Below, piece by piece: positions 12,433-25,833 of a DNA stretch of 64,000 bases. Positions within the stretch are counted from its first letter, which is position 1. The number at the start of each line of letters is the position of its first letter. The DNA lies in assembly GCA_964016885.1 (NCBI GenBank), contig OZ024742.1, positions 180,730,001 through 180,794,000 on the forward strand, in the 5' to 3' direction. Below the pieces are notes generated by a model. That model saw only the letters and a program-made list of their open reading frames with translations, was not told where the DNA came from and did not search any database. This DNA comes from Eledone cirrhosa. Taxonomy: Eukaryota. The position numbers and the translations under genes are program-made.

Positions 12433-13419
12433 TCAACTTTCCCCCTCCTTAAAATTATTTTGTCTGTACACACAGCACTTACTTTGAAGGACAAAGAAGT
12501 ATCTATATAGTTACTTAACCTTCTAAAAATAGCAGCCAAATCTGTCTCACATCACAGCCTATTACCACAAAAATGAAAGGTCAGGATGATATAGTCTTAT
12601 AGGAACAGCACCTAAATAATAATAGTGGCATGATGATAGGTCTGATGAATCAGGCTTCTCCTTGGGCTAAACAACAACAGCAATAGTGTTATGTTATTCA
12701 ATCATTTAATCAACAGTAGTTACACTGTAGAAATTATGAATGATCTTGTTGGCTTGCAGTAGTAAGTACACCAATCTATTGCCATTACCTCCTTAAACTG
12801 GGAAATTGATCTATGATAGACTGGTATCTTCTCTAGGGGAAGGTTTATTCTCCAACTCCTTACTGCCACAGAAATTAGAAGTAACTGCCATCCCAGTAGA
12901 CTGTGGTCAGTGGATACAGATGATGATAAAGAAGGTGCACATGGAGAGTGCATAAAGAGAGAGTATCGGGGGATGGGTGGAGAGGGGGGGGTGACAAAGT
13001 GGAACAGGGGAGGGATTGAAGGAGTAGGAGTAGGTGGAGGCGTGAAGGGGAAAAGGAGGAAAAAAGATTTTTCTTTGCGTCCTTTTTCTTTCATGTCAAC
13101 CGGTTATCGATAGTTACACTGCTAATTAGTTAAACACTATTTATTAGACAATTAATTAAACAGCCATCTTCATAATGTCCTTAATGATAATTAATCAAGC
13201 CTCTTTTAGCATGACATAGCTCTTTTCATGTGACTATTTCAACAGGAATGAAATTTAATGGATGGCAACTTGTAGATTGCAATATCAATTTTAAAAGCTG
13301 ATTTTACCAACCATTATCATTGTTCTATGATAAGGAAATAGAAGGAGGCAACAAAAGAATGAATGACAGAAACAAAATAACCAAATAAACCAGCTAAACT
13401 AGCCAACTATCAGTGAAGA

Positions 13420-14090
13420 GCTAATGGTAAGACCATTAGAAAAGTCCTTAAGAGTATCATAACCAAAAGCCTTTAACAGCTGCAAAGTCAAAATTCTTTA
13501 ACAGCAACAGAATTGATCTTTAATGGCACCAATGATAAATATTAGTTGTATGGGCTTTATAAAAGTGTTTAACAGCTTAAAAAATAACAATTAGTGGTAA
13601 GATATTTAGAGAAGTCATTAATAGCACCAGAGCCATGAATTGGAAGTAAGTTGTTGAGAAAAGACCTTAACAGCACCAAACAAAATTAACCCTTTACCCA
13701 TTTAGCATTTAAATTACTCTATATATACAATTAGATTTTCACAGTAAAGTCTTTATCTCACATAATTATCTCACATAATATCGAATCTATGAGATTTTGA
13801 TGTTATTTATATTGAAAACAACACCTTTTCATCAATATGAGCAGAAAGAGGTGAGAGAATTCTGGCCAGACATGGCCAGCTTAAATGCTAAATTTAAGGC
13901 ACCAACACTAAAAATAAGTTGCATGAACTTTATAAAATTGTTTAATGGCTCCAAATATGAAAAGCAAAGAATCAGTGGTAACATCTTTAGAAAACTTCTA
14001 AACGGTACCAAAGAATTGGTGGTACGACTTTTAGAAAAGTCCATAAAGCTAAGAATTGAGATAAAATGGTCATAAAAGACCTTAACAGCA
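13420..14090. repeat. Old degenerate ~40-45 bp tandem repeat interrupted by a piggyBac-type MITE
   Basis: Recurring TTAGAAAAGxCxTTAACAGCACCAAA / TTAGTGGTAAGA-like motifs on both sides of the MITE. Confidence 0.5.
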
Positions 14091-14846
14091 AATATATTAA
14101 TTCACTCCCCATCTAGCTTTTGCATGCCTTTAGTTGAGTTTAGTTTGTTGCAAACATTCAGTCCAGGTATCCAGTTTAAAATATATTTTTCTACCCACCA
14201 CCTGTTATAGGCTCTGAAAAGATTCTTGGGTGCAGCCCTCCCCTCCCCTACTCTCCTTTACCAAATAAGAAATATTTCCAAGAATGAGTGGTGGGAAACA
14301 TTGGAAATTTACATATCAAAGAAATAATATCATTAACTAGACCAGATCTACCATAAACAGGAGTGGGTTGCATTAAGCCGATTAGCTATTATGAGTACAC
14401 CAGTCTATTCATATATGTGGATATATATATCCTAAACGGACGTTAGTCTGTTTAGTAATATTGTTGTGGTCGTGTTTTCGTTGGCAATCGTCTGTTTACG
14501 ACAGTACAGCGCGGCTCTACTTTATTTAACTGAGATAAAACTTATATGAGCATAAACAGTAGATCATTACGCATCTTTTGGCTTAAAAATCTAGAAATTT
14601 GGTCCAGCGGGAAAAAGTTTATAATCAAAGTTTGCTGATAAATCTTGTGTTCAAGTGAGTGAGTAGTAAGCGTGACGCTAGGGGAGGTAATCCAGAAATG
14701 ACGTAGCTTTGTCATTAAGCCAGTTGCCTCAACTAGATTGCAATTATACTCAAAAGAACTTTAAAATGTCAATCACTTGTCAGTAATTCACTATGATCAT
14801 TTAATTATTAGATAGTTGTTGCTTGCATTGCCTTAAAAAATAGTAG

Positions 14847-15945
14847 ACCAGATAGAAAAATGCGTACAGCAAAAAAAAGTAATATTGTTGGAATATAAAC
14901 CTTTAAAAATACAGGACAAGAAACTAAAATAAAACTTTAAAAGAATAGGACAAGAAACTAAGATAAAACTTTAAAAGAATAGGACAAGAAACTAAGATAA
15001 AACTTTAAAGAATTGGACAAGAAATAAAAAATTTTACAATAATATTAGTGGCAACATTTTTTTATTCGTTTCCTGTGCTATGCCCCAGTATCTTCTTGAT
15101 TAGTGCATAATAATTGTCATGCTTTCATTGTGCATTGCCCCTGAGCGGTTGGTTCTGGTTGGGGTTGGTTGGCTGAGCAGTTCTGCTCCGTCAGAATGAC
15201 CATTGCAAGAAGAATTGGCCGATGCAGCTGCAGGTCTCCTCCAAGAATGCACTTCTGGTCCCGCAACACCAGACGAAGATGGAGAAGACGACCGGGACAA
15301 GATGTCGACTCTGACCACCGACTACGGCACCTCCCTCAACCACCGGTCCTCCCTCTGTCCCGTCATCCCTCCAGTCCTCCTGCTCCCCCTTCCTGTACCA
15401 GAAAGCTGTGGCACGCATTCATCTGGACTGCCGGACTTGAACTCAAGGACAAGATGCAAGGAGAAGATGGACGGGTTGGTCAAGATCAAGGATGAGCGGG
15501 ACGACAAGACCGTCCGCTGCTGCTCAAGATCTGTGCTCATGGGCCCATGGGTCCATTCACATTATGCATGACACATGAGGCGTGTCGCCGAATGATGAAA
15601 TAGGGGTATGGTTATGGCCCAATTGGTGTTCAAACCAGGATCAAATGATCCCCCCCCCCCCCGGTCTGACGACGACCTCTGAATGTTGAACCCAGAGCCT
15701 ATGAATGTGGAACTCGATTTTTTACCAATAAAAATTTTGCCACTAATATTATTGTAAAATTTTTTATTTCTTGTCCAATTCTTTAAAGTTTTATCGTAGT
15801 TTCTTGTCCTATTCTTTTAAAGTTTTATCTTAGTTTCTTGTCCTATTCTTTTAAAGTTTTATTTTAGTTTCTTGTCCTGTATTTTTAAAGGTTTATATTC
15901 CAACAATATTACTTTTTTTTTGCTGTACGCATTTTTCTATCTGGT
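14847..15945. mobile_element. Element with ~210 bp near-perfect inverted repeats (internal ~31 bp tandem units) around a GC-rich core
   Basis: 14847-15060 is the reverse complement of 15730-15945; repeated GGACAAGAAACTAAGATAAAACTTTAAAAGAATA. Confidence 0.8.
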
Positions 15946-15960
15946 ATATATATATATATA

Positions 15961-17157
15961 GTGAAAGATTGAAGAGTAACATGGTCGGCTGTACAACAAG
16001 TGGCTTTATTTCAAGTATTAACAATTGTTTCATTGATCAAGTGAGTCTAGAGATCGCTAATCACTCAAACTTGCATCACTCGACCTCCAATACAGTGTTT
16101 ACCTCTGATCAAATCCTCAGAATACGAAAGAAGTCACATATGGCATGGTATATATATAGATACAGCGTAGAATCAAAACAATAACATCAATAATAAAATA
16201 TAATGATAAATAGGTAAAGAAATTACAGATGTAAAAAGTAAGAAAAAAAAAATAAAGGAATAAAAAATAAGTAAAAGCATATAAGTACAGAATACGATAG
16301 ATGATAATAGTGGTGGAGGTGAGTAAGTGTCTGTATAGGGATGTGGGGGTGGAGGTAGTACTAACATGAAAAGCAATATTCGATACATACATAGATACAT
16401 GTAGAGAATAGGAGGTAGTAACAAATAACAGATAAAAGAAAAAAACAATAAATTAGAATTTAAGTGTGAGATACTAGCATGAGACATAAGGGCTAAGGAT
16501 GGATGGTGAAGTGGGGTTTTGATATGTGTGTGGTAAATATTTTGCCTGCTGATTGTCTTATCGTAATGGGGTTGATGTGGTTTCAGGGAGAGAGGGTGAA
16601 AGAAAGGTTAGGAGATTTATGATCTAGTGACCAGTTGGTCAGTTGACAGCTAATAACAGTGTGGTGGTATATATTCCATATGTTAAATTTCGGGTGGTTC
16701 AGTTCGAATTTTGGGATTGCTGGGTTGAATCATGGTGGTTTGACATTTGTGAACTTGGTAGCTGTTTTGTGCCTACAGAAAATTGATCTTTCTATTTTGC
16801 TGTAAAGCAGCATCTTATCGTACCTTAAAATATAGAATAGCTCCATATTGCAAAGTCCGCAGGGGACATTCCATTGTTGTAGGCCCTTGCTCCCGATAAT
16901 TTTGACCAGTTAATCCTATATTCCTGGTTTGTGTTCTTAAGCTACCAGATTTTATTGGCGAGCGTTCTAGAGTTCTCCAGTCTACGGTTCTTCATGGAGT
17001 GTCTGTGAACGTACCATCTATTTTTGAACTCCCCAGCCGTGGAACCTATGTAGCACCATGTAAAGTTGCCTGAATTTATAGTACACAGGTACACCATACT
17101 TGAATCCAGGCATCTATTTTGTAGTTGGCACTTATCCAGTAGGTGGCAGTTACACAC
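15961..17157 (-). mobile_element. 3' fragment of a Naiad-like Penelope-like element (GIY-YIG endonuclease plus 3' UTR)
   Basis: CNCHLLDKC (CxCx5C), MVY..YIGS..FKNRW..H, then after a TAG and a frameshift CGLCNME..CRHK; (TA)n flanks. Confidence 0.8.
16015..16125 (-). ncRNA. Type I hammerhead ribozyme with long stem II insertion
   Basis: Minus strand GTATT-CTGAGGA-T-TTGATCA...TGATCAA-T-GAAA-CAATTG-TT-AATAC; complete core, palindromic stem III. Confidence 0.75.
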
Positions 17158-17184
17158 ACATATATATGCATATATATATATACA

Positions 17185-17247
<63 letters not shown>

Positions 17248-17252
<5 letters not shown>

Positions 17253-17641
17253 TAAGAGGAATTCCAACTTTGTCTGATTTACTCGTTTTATTTACAATCC
17301 TTTAAAATATATATAATGGTATTATAATGAAATAGTATGATAGAATATTAAATTCTAAGTGTTAATTGAACAAGTACGTTCATGCTTTCGCAATCTTCAG
17401 GTTCATGATATGTGGTGACAGTCGAGTTTGCAAGTTTCAACGGTGCAGTTGAAAATTGCAAACTCGACTGTCACCACATATCATGAACCTGAAGATTGCG
17501 AAAGCATGAAAGTACTTGTTCAATTAACACTTAGAATTTAATATTCTATCATACTATTTCATTATAATACCATTATATATAATTTAAAGGATTGTAAATA
17601 AAACGAGTAAATCAGACAAAGTTGGAATTCCTCTTATTAAT
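17248..17641. repeat. Near-perfect ~394 bp palindrome (arms ~194 bp, 6 nt loop) next to (TA)n tracts
   Basis: Arms are reverse complements with about 3 mismatches; centre at 17442-17447. Confidence 0.95.
17484..17522 (+). ncRNA. Minimal type I hammerhead ribozyme in palindrome arm
   Basis: TGAAC-CTGAAGA-T-TGC GAAA GCA-T-GAAA-GTAC-TT-GTTCA; stem I 5 bp, GNRA-capped stem II, palindromic stem III. Confidence 0.75.
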
Positions 17642-17684
17642 ATAATCTTCTATACACAATCATACACACCCGTGTATATACCTA

Positions 17685-17724
<40 letters not shown>

Positions 17725-17844
17725 AGAAAGTATGATCCCAACGGCAGAGCTCAAGCCGTTTCGATGGCTATTTCTGGACTACTCTAAGTATTGAGTACTC
17801 TGGTGCGTTATGGTCCATCTGGTTCCTTACCACAATTCCTCCGT

Positions 17845-17871
<27 letters not shown>

Positions 17872-17875
<4 letters not shown>

Positions 17876-18221
17876 AGGCACATGGAGGCACATGGCTTAA
17901 TGGTTAGAGCATTGGCCTTGCAATCGAAAGGTTGTGAGTTCAATTCTCAGACCGGGTGATGTGTTGTTTCCTTGAGCAAGACACTTTATTTCACATTGCT
18001 CCAGTTTACTCAGCTGTAGAAATGAGACGATAGGGATTGAGATCCATATCATTCCACTGCAAAGTGGTCGTGGAGGTGCCACGGCAAAAAAGCACCCAGC
18101 ACTCACTGTAAATGAGGTTGGTGTTAGGAAGGGCATCCAGCTGTAGAAATCAAGCCAGAATCAGTTCCCGTCTCACCCTTGCAAGCAGGGAAAAAGCGGA
18201 CGTAAAATGAAATGATGATGA
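17872..18221 (+). mobile_element. SINE family B
   Basis: Same head, core and RTE tail as 11629; (TA)n on both sides. Confidence 0.88.
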
Positions 18222-18414
18222 TATATATATATATATATATATACACACATTTTTGAATATGACATCATTACAGTTTTTAAAGGCAATATTTTTCAATTGG
18301 AAATACAACTTAATTTAGCTTCTATTGCCCTTGATAATCTGATACTGCATAAAAATCAACTCATCAGCATTTTGATTTTATTTATTTTTTCTTGAAAATT
18401 CATTTTCATATAAC

Positions 18415-18735
18415 ACGGGCATGCCTACAAAGTCAAAAAACAGCACAGCTCCCATGACTTTCAGAAACATTTCTTCATGCTCAGAGTTGCTGAAGCATGG
18501 AACAAACTACCTGCATCAGTTGTTAGCTGTCGAGACACTGCATCCTTTAAAACCTCCATGCTTCCTGAAATTCGCCAACACTACACCTGATATCCCCTCT
18601 TCATACACACACACGCATGTATTTCATAACTGTTCATTTTCTTGACATTTGAACATTATTCTATGTACTATACATGCACCTTTGATGAGTTGTAGTGCAC
18701 CTGAGCACTGTGCACAATAATTTCATTATTATTAT
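18415..18735 (+). mobile_element. 3' end of a CR1-like LINE
   Basis: Translates RKHFFMLRVAEAWNKLPASVV..FK; tail CAATAATTTCATTATTATT, matching window positions 1-26. Confidence 0.7.
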
Positions 18736-18736
18736 T

Positions 18737-18925
18737 GGTGGATTGGCAGTATTGGTAGAGAGTCGGATGCCATGCTTTCCAGCAGAGTTACGTCCCTTTA
18801 CAGTCTGAGTTCAAATCCCGCCGAGGTTAACTTTGCCTTTCATCATTACGGGGTTGATAAAATAAAGTACCAGTAATGTACTGGGTAATTGCTGACCTTG
18901 TGCCACAAGTAGAAACAATTATTAT
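18737..18925 (+). mobile_element. SINE family A inserted in the (ATT)n tail of the CR1 fragment
   Basis: Family sequence bounded by (ATT)n. Confidence 0.85.
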
Positions 18926-19238
18926 TATTATATATAAACACACACACATAGAGACAGATATATATATATAGTCAAACCAAAAGCTTGCAGGGATTTAGAA
19001 CATTTTTTATTCTACATACATTTCAATGACAATAAGGAGTAATATATAATCGATAATTTCAATTAATTAATTACTTTCCCTCATCACCTCATCCTTAAAA
19101 TGGGCAATTTGTTTTAATCATCTAGCACACTTATTACAAAAATAAGAAGTGCAGGTTTGATTTCCACGCATGCTGCTGCCCATTTTCTTCTGTTCCTGGG
19201 TCTTATACAGTATGTCCTATTATTATTAGACTATAGTT

Positions 19239-19562
19239 AAGGCAGTCGATTGGCAGAATCAGTTGAGTACGGGACAACATGCTTAGCGACATCGAGTTAT
19301 GGCCATTTACGCCCTGAGTTCAAATCCCACCGAGGTTAGCGTTGCCTTTCATCCTTACGAGATCGATAAAATAAAGCACCAGTAATGCACTGAAGTCGAT
19401 TTAATTGACTTTCCCCTCCTCTTTAAAATTTACTGGCCTTGTGCCTAAAGTTGAAATCATTATTAGACTTTGCCTTTCATCCTTACGAGGTCGATAAAAT
19501 AAAGTACCATTAATGTACTGGGTAATTGCTGGCCTTGTGCCGAAAGTAGAAACAATTATTAG
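19239..19562 (+). mobile_element. SINE family A plus an adjacent 5'-truncated copy
   Basis: Core motif present twice (~19343 and ~19470). Confidence 0.8.
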
Positions 19563-20714
19563 ACTGTAGTAAAATAAATATGGTGAAAGTTACTAATTCA
19601 ATTCAATTTTTATATAATGTTCAGCAAATTGCTATACTGCAGGCATTTGCTTTATGGGAGATATAAACAAATATCAACGTTTTAGACATGACATTTGTAG
19701 TGACTGGAACACACACGCATACACACACACACACACACAAAAGATACATGTCCAAGATATCAAGCAGTATGACTGACCTTGAAATCATGTGGTTCCAAAT
19801 TGAACTTCTTAATCACCCGGCCATGCCAGCATCTATTACATTATGCTATTTTATCCTATATTGTAACAATCCTGCCAATCCACCACCACTATAAACACCA
19901 TTTTGCTACAGTACGGAACAACAGACACACAGACACATTTTACACTACACATCTACATGAGTGTACATAAGCAAAATGCAGAGCCCCTGGCCTGTCTAGG
20001 AAATCAATAGCTCTGCTTCAGTACTGAATTGGACTAAGTAGACCTGTTCAACCCTTGCTAGTAAGGAAAGCAGATGTTAAAATGATGATGATGAGGTTGA
20101 TATATCTGTAGTCAGGTGGTAGTATTACCAATAAATGTCATAAAGATTTCTAATTTATACACAAGTTTAGCACTTTAGGATGTGAGGAAAAGTTATTGGT
20201 ATTGAACCCAGTACTTGCCTGGTACTTTGCATTTCCTCCTTCCTGGGTTGACAAAATAAAGTTAACCTTGACAAGATTTGAACACTGAATATAGAATTGT
20301 ATTTAAATACTGCAAAGCATTTTTCGGCACCCTACCATTACAGGCAAACAGTGACATAATCAGTGAGCCATTGTATCTTTTCTGCCTTAAATTGGTGTTT
20401 ATAATGTTTCTAATATAGTTCAATGTGTTTAAAGTCTGGTGATGGACATGATTGATTGTCGAGGCTAAAGAATCAATGGTATTAAATAACATTATGTGTG
20501 GTAAGCTGTTTGTAATTATATCAAACGTTTTGGATAATCAGAGAGATCAATGTAGAGAACAGCTCACTGTTTTCATGTCTAATAACTACAGTCCATGTGG
20601 TTATATTTATTGTCAAAACATGACAGCATCCTAAGGGCCAAAGCAATAAATCATTAAGAAGCAGACTACAAATTTTAATTGCTATAATTGGAAGGAATGG
20701 GTTAAATGAGTTCA

Positions 20715-23601
20715 TTTAACCCATTCCTTGCCATAATACTGAGAGATACAGCCTATGGTTTTCAAATTATTTGTAAAATAACCAAGAATTTGGAAGTATT
20801 TAGTAACAAAGCTAACTTCCTTGTTAAGTTCATACATAAAATTATTATGGAAATTTTAAAGATAAATATAAACACTCTAAAACAAGCAGGTTTGTAATAT
20901 GGAACAAAGAGCATTTTCATGTGGTTAAAAAGAATATATTTCATATTCTGATTTCATCTGGATAACTAATGAAAGATTCTGCCTGTGATTGTCAAATCAT
21001 TTTGAAAATAATCAAGATTTTGGTTGGATTTAGTAAAACAACTAACTTTCCAACTACTGTTGAACTGATGATCGGAACATAACAAAGCTTCTTGGAAAAT
21101 AGATGTGAAATGATAACAAAACTTTAAAAGAAGCAGTTATATATTGTAGAACCAAGGACAGTTTGGTATTGAAAAGGTCAGTTCTGAATATAGTTTTTAG
21201 AATACTTCTGAGAATAATCACATAACAATTGCATGATTGCAATTTACCATATTTCTAATGAAAATCACAACTTATAATATTGAAATAATTTAAAAAATAA
21301 TCAAACTTGTGGAAAAATTTATTAAAATAACTTTCTCATTAAGCTAAAGAATGGAGCAAAACTTAACAAAGGTCCATATATAAAATTATGAAGGAAGGTT
21401 TTTAAATAACTATACTCAGTTTAATACAAGTAGTTTTGTATTGTAGAACTATGGTTGCTTTAAGGCTGTTTGGTATTGCAAGCATTAAGCATCTGTAATA
21501 TAGCCTTGAGAATAATTCTGTAAATCATAATATACCAAAGAAATTTTTATTGCAATTTTAGCATACTTGCTAGTTGAATATTTGATGTATATAATAAAAG
21601 AAATCTACATAATTTAGATGCAAAGCACTTCTATATATTTTAGTATATCTTAATACTTAATAAGTTCTTGAGAAACTACTGAAGTGTTTTTCTTTAATGC
21701 TTTCATCACCATATTTCTTATGAAAGACACTGCCTATAATTTTCACATCACATAATTCTGAAAATAATAACATCTGAAAGATTTTATTTGTTTTGTGATT
21801 TCTAATTTAGGTACAAAGCTAGCAATTACATCGACCTCAGGCCTTAACTGGTACTTTATTTGATTGACGTTGAAAAGATGAAAGGGAAAGTTAACCTCTG
21901 TGAGATTTGTACTCAGAACATAAAGAGTTGAAATAAATACTGCAAGGTAGTTGTCTGATACTCTAACTACTCTGCCAACCCACCATGCTAACAAACTCTC
22001 CATTATTAAACTAGAGTTTGGAACATAACTTAAAGGTGCTTAGATGATGAAAGGTTTTTAAATAAATATAAGCACCTTAAGTCAAATAGTTCAGTATCAG
22101 TGAATCTTTGAACTGGAGTCAGTTTCAAATGTTTGATATTAAAAGTGGTAGGTCATAGTTTCAAATATTGATATTGTCTGTTTGCATGCATTAAAGTTTT
22201 GTGATGTGCTGTCCCTACTTTGTATGTTTATTCACTGTTATTGTTTCCGGTTTTTCTCAAACTCAATGTTGATTTGTGCATTGATCTCTACATATTTATC
22301 TATAACATTTTATCATTTGACCAACATACCAACAGAAATGATTCTATCTTATCTTCTGGCATATTGGAATTTTGAAAGTAATCTTCTACCGGCTGATATC
22401 ATCATCATCATCATCATCAACGTTTAACGTCCGTGTTCCACGCTTGGATGGGTTTGGACGGGGGTTTTCCCACTTGAGGCAAGAGTGATTGTCTTGCTCG
22501 CATAGGACTGTCTGGCAGGTTTTCTACAGTTGGATGCCCTTCCTAACACCAACCACATTTACAGTGTGGGTCTGGGAGGTTTTTACCGTGTTGCCTACAC
22601 AGCCACATTACAGCGTGGACTGTGTGTTTTTTTGTCGTGACACCTACACGATCTCATTTGTTTCGGCCTGGATGGTGTGGCACCAACATAACTTTACATA
22701 GAAGGAGGCGGTGTGGATGGGGGGGGGGGGGGTGTATTTTGTTAGAGATCCCTACTGACTGTAGTAGGTTTTACTATGTATTTAGGTATGCATTTATTTA
22801 ATCTTCCTTGCTATAAACAGTTTTGTACAGTAGAACCAGGAGTGGTTTCAGTTGATTTCATATCAGAAGAGTTAATGTAATATATTGCAAGCCTCTCAGC
22901 CAGGAAATACCTATCTATCTAGGAATGTTGACAACGTCTGAAAATTGTAGATAGAACTAGACCCATGCCTAACAAGCTATTTATAATATTTGCAACTTCG
23001 AACAATAATGCATGTATACATGTCCTGTAACTCTTGAAGGAGTCATAAGGGTGCCATATCGACACACAGCATTTCGAGGGCATTTTTAAACCTTGCAGAG
23101 CCGATCTCCATTTCTTCCAGAGAATGATAGAAAGCGAGAGAATGGAAGTGAGAAAGTGATATAGAGGAAGAATTGACCCCAATATTAGACTGTTACTTTT
23201 TTTATCGACTCCAATTGGATGACAGACCAAGTTGACTATTATAGGATTTGAACACAAAGAACAGAGAAGCAAAACAAATACTGCAAAGCATTCTATCTGA
23301 TGTTCTAATGACTCCATCAATTTGCCACCTTACAAAGATTACAAAAACTAAACCTTTTGTTACCAAATTTATAATGAAAGACACTGCCTATGACTTTCAA
23401 ATAATTTTGAAAATAATCATCAATTCAAAGAAATATAGTAAAGTGTTTCATTATTAAACTGGTATGCGGAACATAACTTGAAATAGTTCTTACATAAAAT
23501 TTAGATTGAAGGGTTTTAGAGATAAACATGAATACTAACATAAATGGGTTTGTTTAGATGAACTTGTGTGGTTTCAGATGGTTTAAAATTAAAAGGGTTA
23601 A
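20715..23601. repeat. Cluster of at least 5 degenerate co-oriented ~250 bp piggyBac-type MITEs (second family), mixed with SINE and RTE tails
   Basis: Recurring CCATATTTCTAATGAAAGACAC..AAAATAATCAA..GGAACATAACTT; AAAAGGGTTAA end at 23601; inverted relatives at 25433-25680, ~35492 and ~39200-39545. Confidence 0.6.
22398..22790 (-). mobile_element. RTE LINE 3' UTR fragment
   Basis: (CAT)n tail plus GGATGCCCTTCCTAACACCAACC; similar pieces at 30873-31226, 40062-40265, 43150-43513 (+), 48365-48750 and 52428-52680. Confidence 0.8.
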
Positions 23602-25777
23602 CAATTTGTTAGAGTTGCACAAAACATTTATAAGATTATACAAACAATTCAACATGATTTTTACTGCAAGACTTGGCAAATTACAATATTTCAATATTTT
23701 TAATTGCAGTCTCTTGCCATTTCTCACACTACAAGATTTCACGGAGAACTTGGTAACTGTATAGCTACAAAAATTAGTACATTTCTATACATTTCTATAC
23801 TTTAACAAATTTTATTTGAAACAATTAATGCTTTAAAGTACAATTTCAAAGTTAATTAGTCAATACAAATGTAACATGCCAACTAAAAAGAAATATAGAT
23901 AAATAAAAATATTAAAAAATACATTAAAAATAAACAAAATCTTTAAATTATGAACAATTGTAAAAAAAAGATAATTTTACTCAACACTGCAGATTATTAA
24001 TATTCTGCTATATTGTAAAATAATTTCATTAATATATTTCGATGGCTGCCACTTTTCACAGCAGGGTACAATGAATTCATAGAATTTTCACAGAAAATTT
24101 TAAAATATTATTTTTTCTTTTATACCAACTCTATCGCTACTTTATTTGCAATGTTATTTTTTTCAAGATCAGAATTGTATAGAAATACTAGTCCAACATT
24201 GTTGGATTAGTATTTCTATACGATGGACATAGCATATAAACTGGCCATATCCGTCCAGAATTCTCTCACCTCTTTCTGTTCAAACCAGTCATAAATGGTC
24301 ACTTATAATGATATTAAGGTATTATTCTCAAAATAAATAACATCAAAATCTCATAGATTCGATATTATGTGAAATCTCATAGATTTGATATTATGGGGAA
24401 ATACAATAGTAAATAGAGAATAATGTAAATGCTAAAGTGTTTTGTGAGGGAGTTTGGTAGAGAGCTACTATAAAGGAAGCCCCTCATATAAATATATATA
24501 TATGTGTGTGTGTCCTCATTTTTAGAATAGGCATTCAAAGCACTTGAAGATTAGGTCACAAATTTGATTCCTTTTACAATCTGGAGATATGGCCAATATT
24601 GGGCATTGAAACCTTACAGAGTGCTTTTGTTCCGTATATGAATATAGATAAATAATATATTTCAGCTCTCATCCCTGATTGAGCACTGTTTTCCTTTTTC
24701 ACACCTACAGATATTTACTACACACACATATTCGGTTGAGGACACAACAATCACTCTAATGTTGATGACAAGATAAAATGCACTCTTTAAATTGATAGTG
24801 CCTGTACTACTGTAAAATGTACCCATTAAAGTGGTTGACATGAACAGGAGCATCCTACCATAGAAAACCTGCCAAAATGGAACATATGAGCAGAATATAG
24901 TGATCTTATTTGTCTCGTCTCAAAGCGAGAAAACCCATCCAACTCATGCCAGCAGGGGAAGCTGATATAAAATGGTGATGAATATGATGATGACACATAC
25001 CATACAAATTGTCAAAGTATGATAAAATGTTTAAACAAATTTTAAGAAATTGATCCACAATTTTCAAATTTAGTGAGAGAGGAAAAATGAAATTAATATG
25101 AAGCCATGACCATATTTTTGTTGTTTATCCCCAGGTCAGCTCTGACTAAGCAGACCCATGATCAAAGATATTTGAACCATGATCATGTTGCTTCTTTACC
25201 CCTATGTTAATCCTAATCAGAGCAGATTTATGATCAAATATATTTCAGTCACAACTATAAAACTTTTTATTCATTTTTTTGTTTGTTTTGTAGGACTACA
25301 TTGTACAACATGGTTTTCATTTTATAAGACTGTAACTGTTGTTTCTAGCATTTCAAACAACAACCTAGCAGCATCTTCATTGTCCTGCTAGTTTAGTTAT
25401 TCAGATGAAGTCAAAATTTAAGTAAATCCTCCTTAACACTTTTGATACCAAAGAACCTGATGTCACCATTGCTTACATGTTATAATCCAGCTTGTTTTAA
25501 ATAGCTTATATTTATCTAAAAGCCTTCCATCATAATTTCATATATGGTCCTTTGTTAAGTTATTCTCTAAACACCAGTTTAATAAAAAGAAAGCAAATGA
25601 CAAAATCTCTCCAAATTCTTAATTATTTTAAAAATTATAGTTATTATCTTATATTATAAATAAGATAACAAAAGGGTTAAAGTGTTCATATTTATCTACA
25701 TGCTTCCAAACACTTATTTTCAAATTTGTTTGAAAATTATAGACAGTGTTCTTTCATTAGAAAGCAGCAGCAGAAGC

Positions 25778-25833
<56 letters not shown>

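Noticed and set aside
12720-13260. Non-repetitive block with ORFs and a TAAT-rich stretch, possible exon or enhancer
   Set aside because: No homology or splice pattern that I can support without conservation data
15590-15725. SECIS-like ATGA or hammerhead-like CTGACGA motifs
   Set aside because: The required helices and GAAA core could not be formed
24177-24220. Short hairpin GTATAGAAATACTAGTCCAACA-T-TGTTGGATTAGTATTTCTATAC
   Set aside because: Real but single-copy here and too short to assign a function
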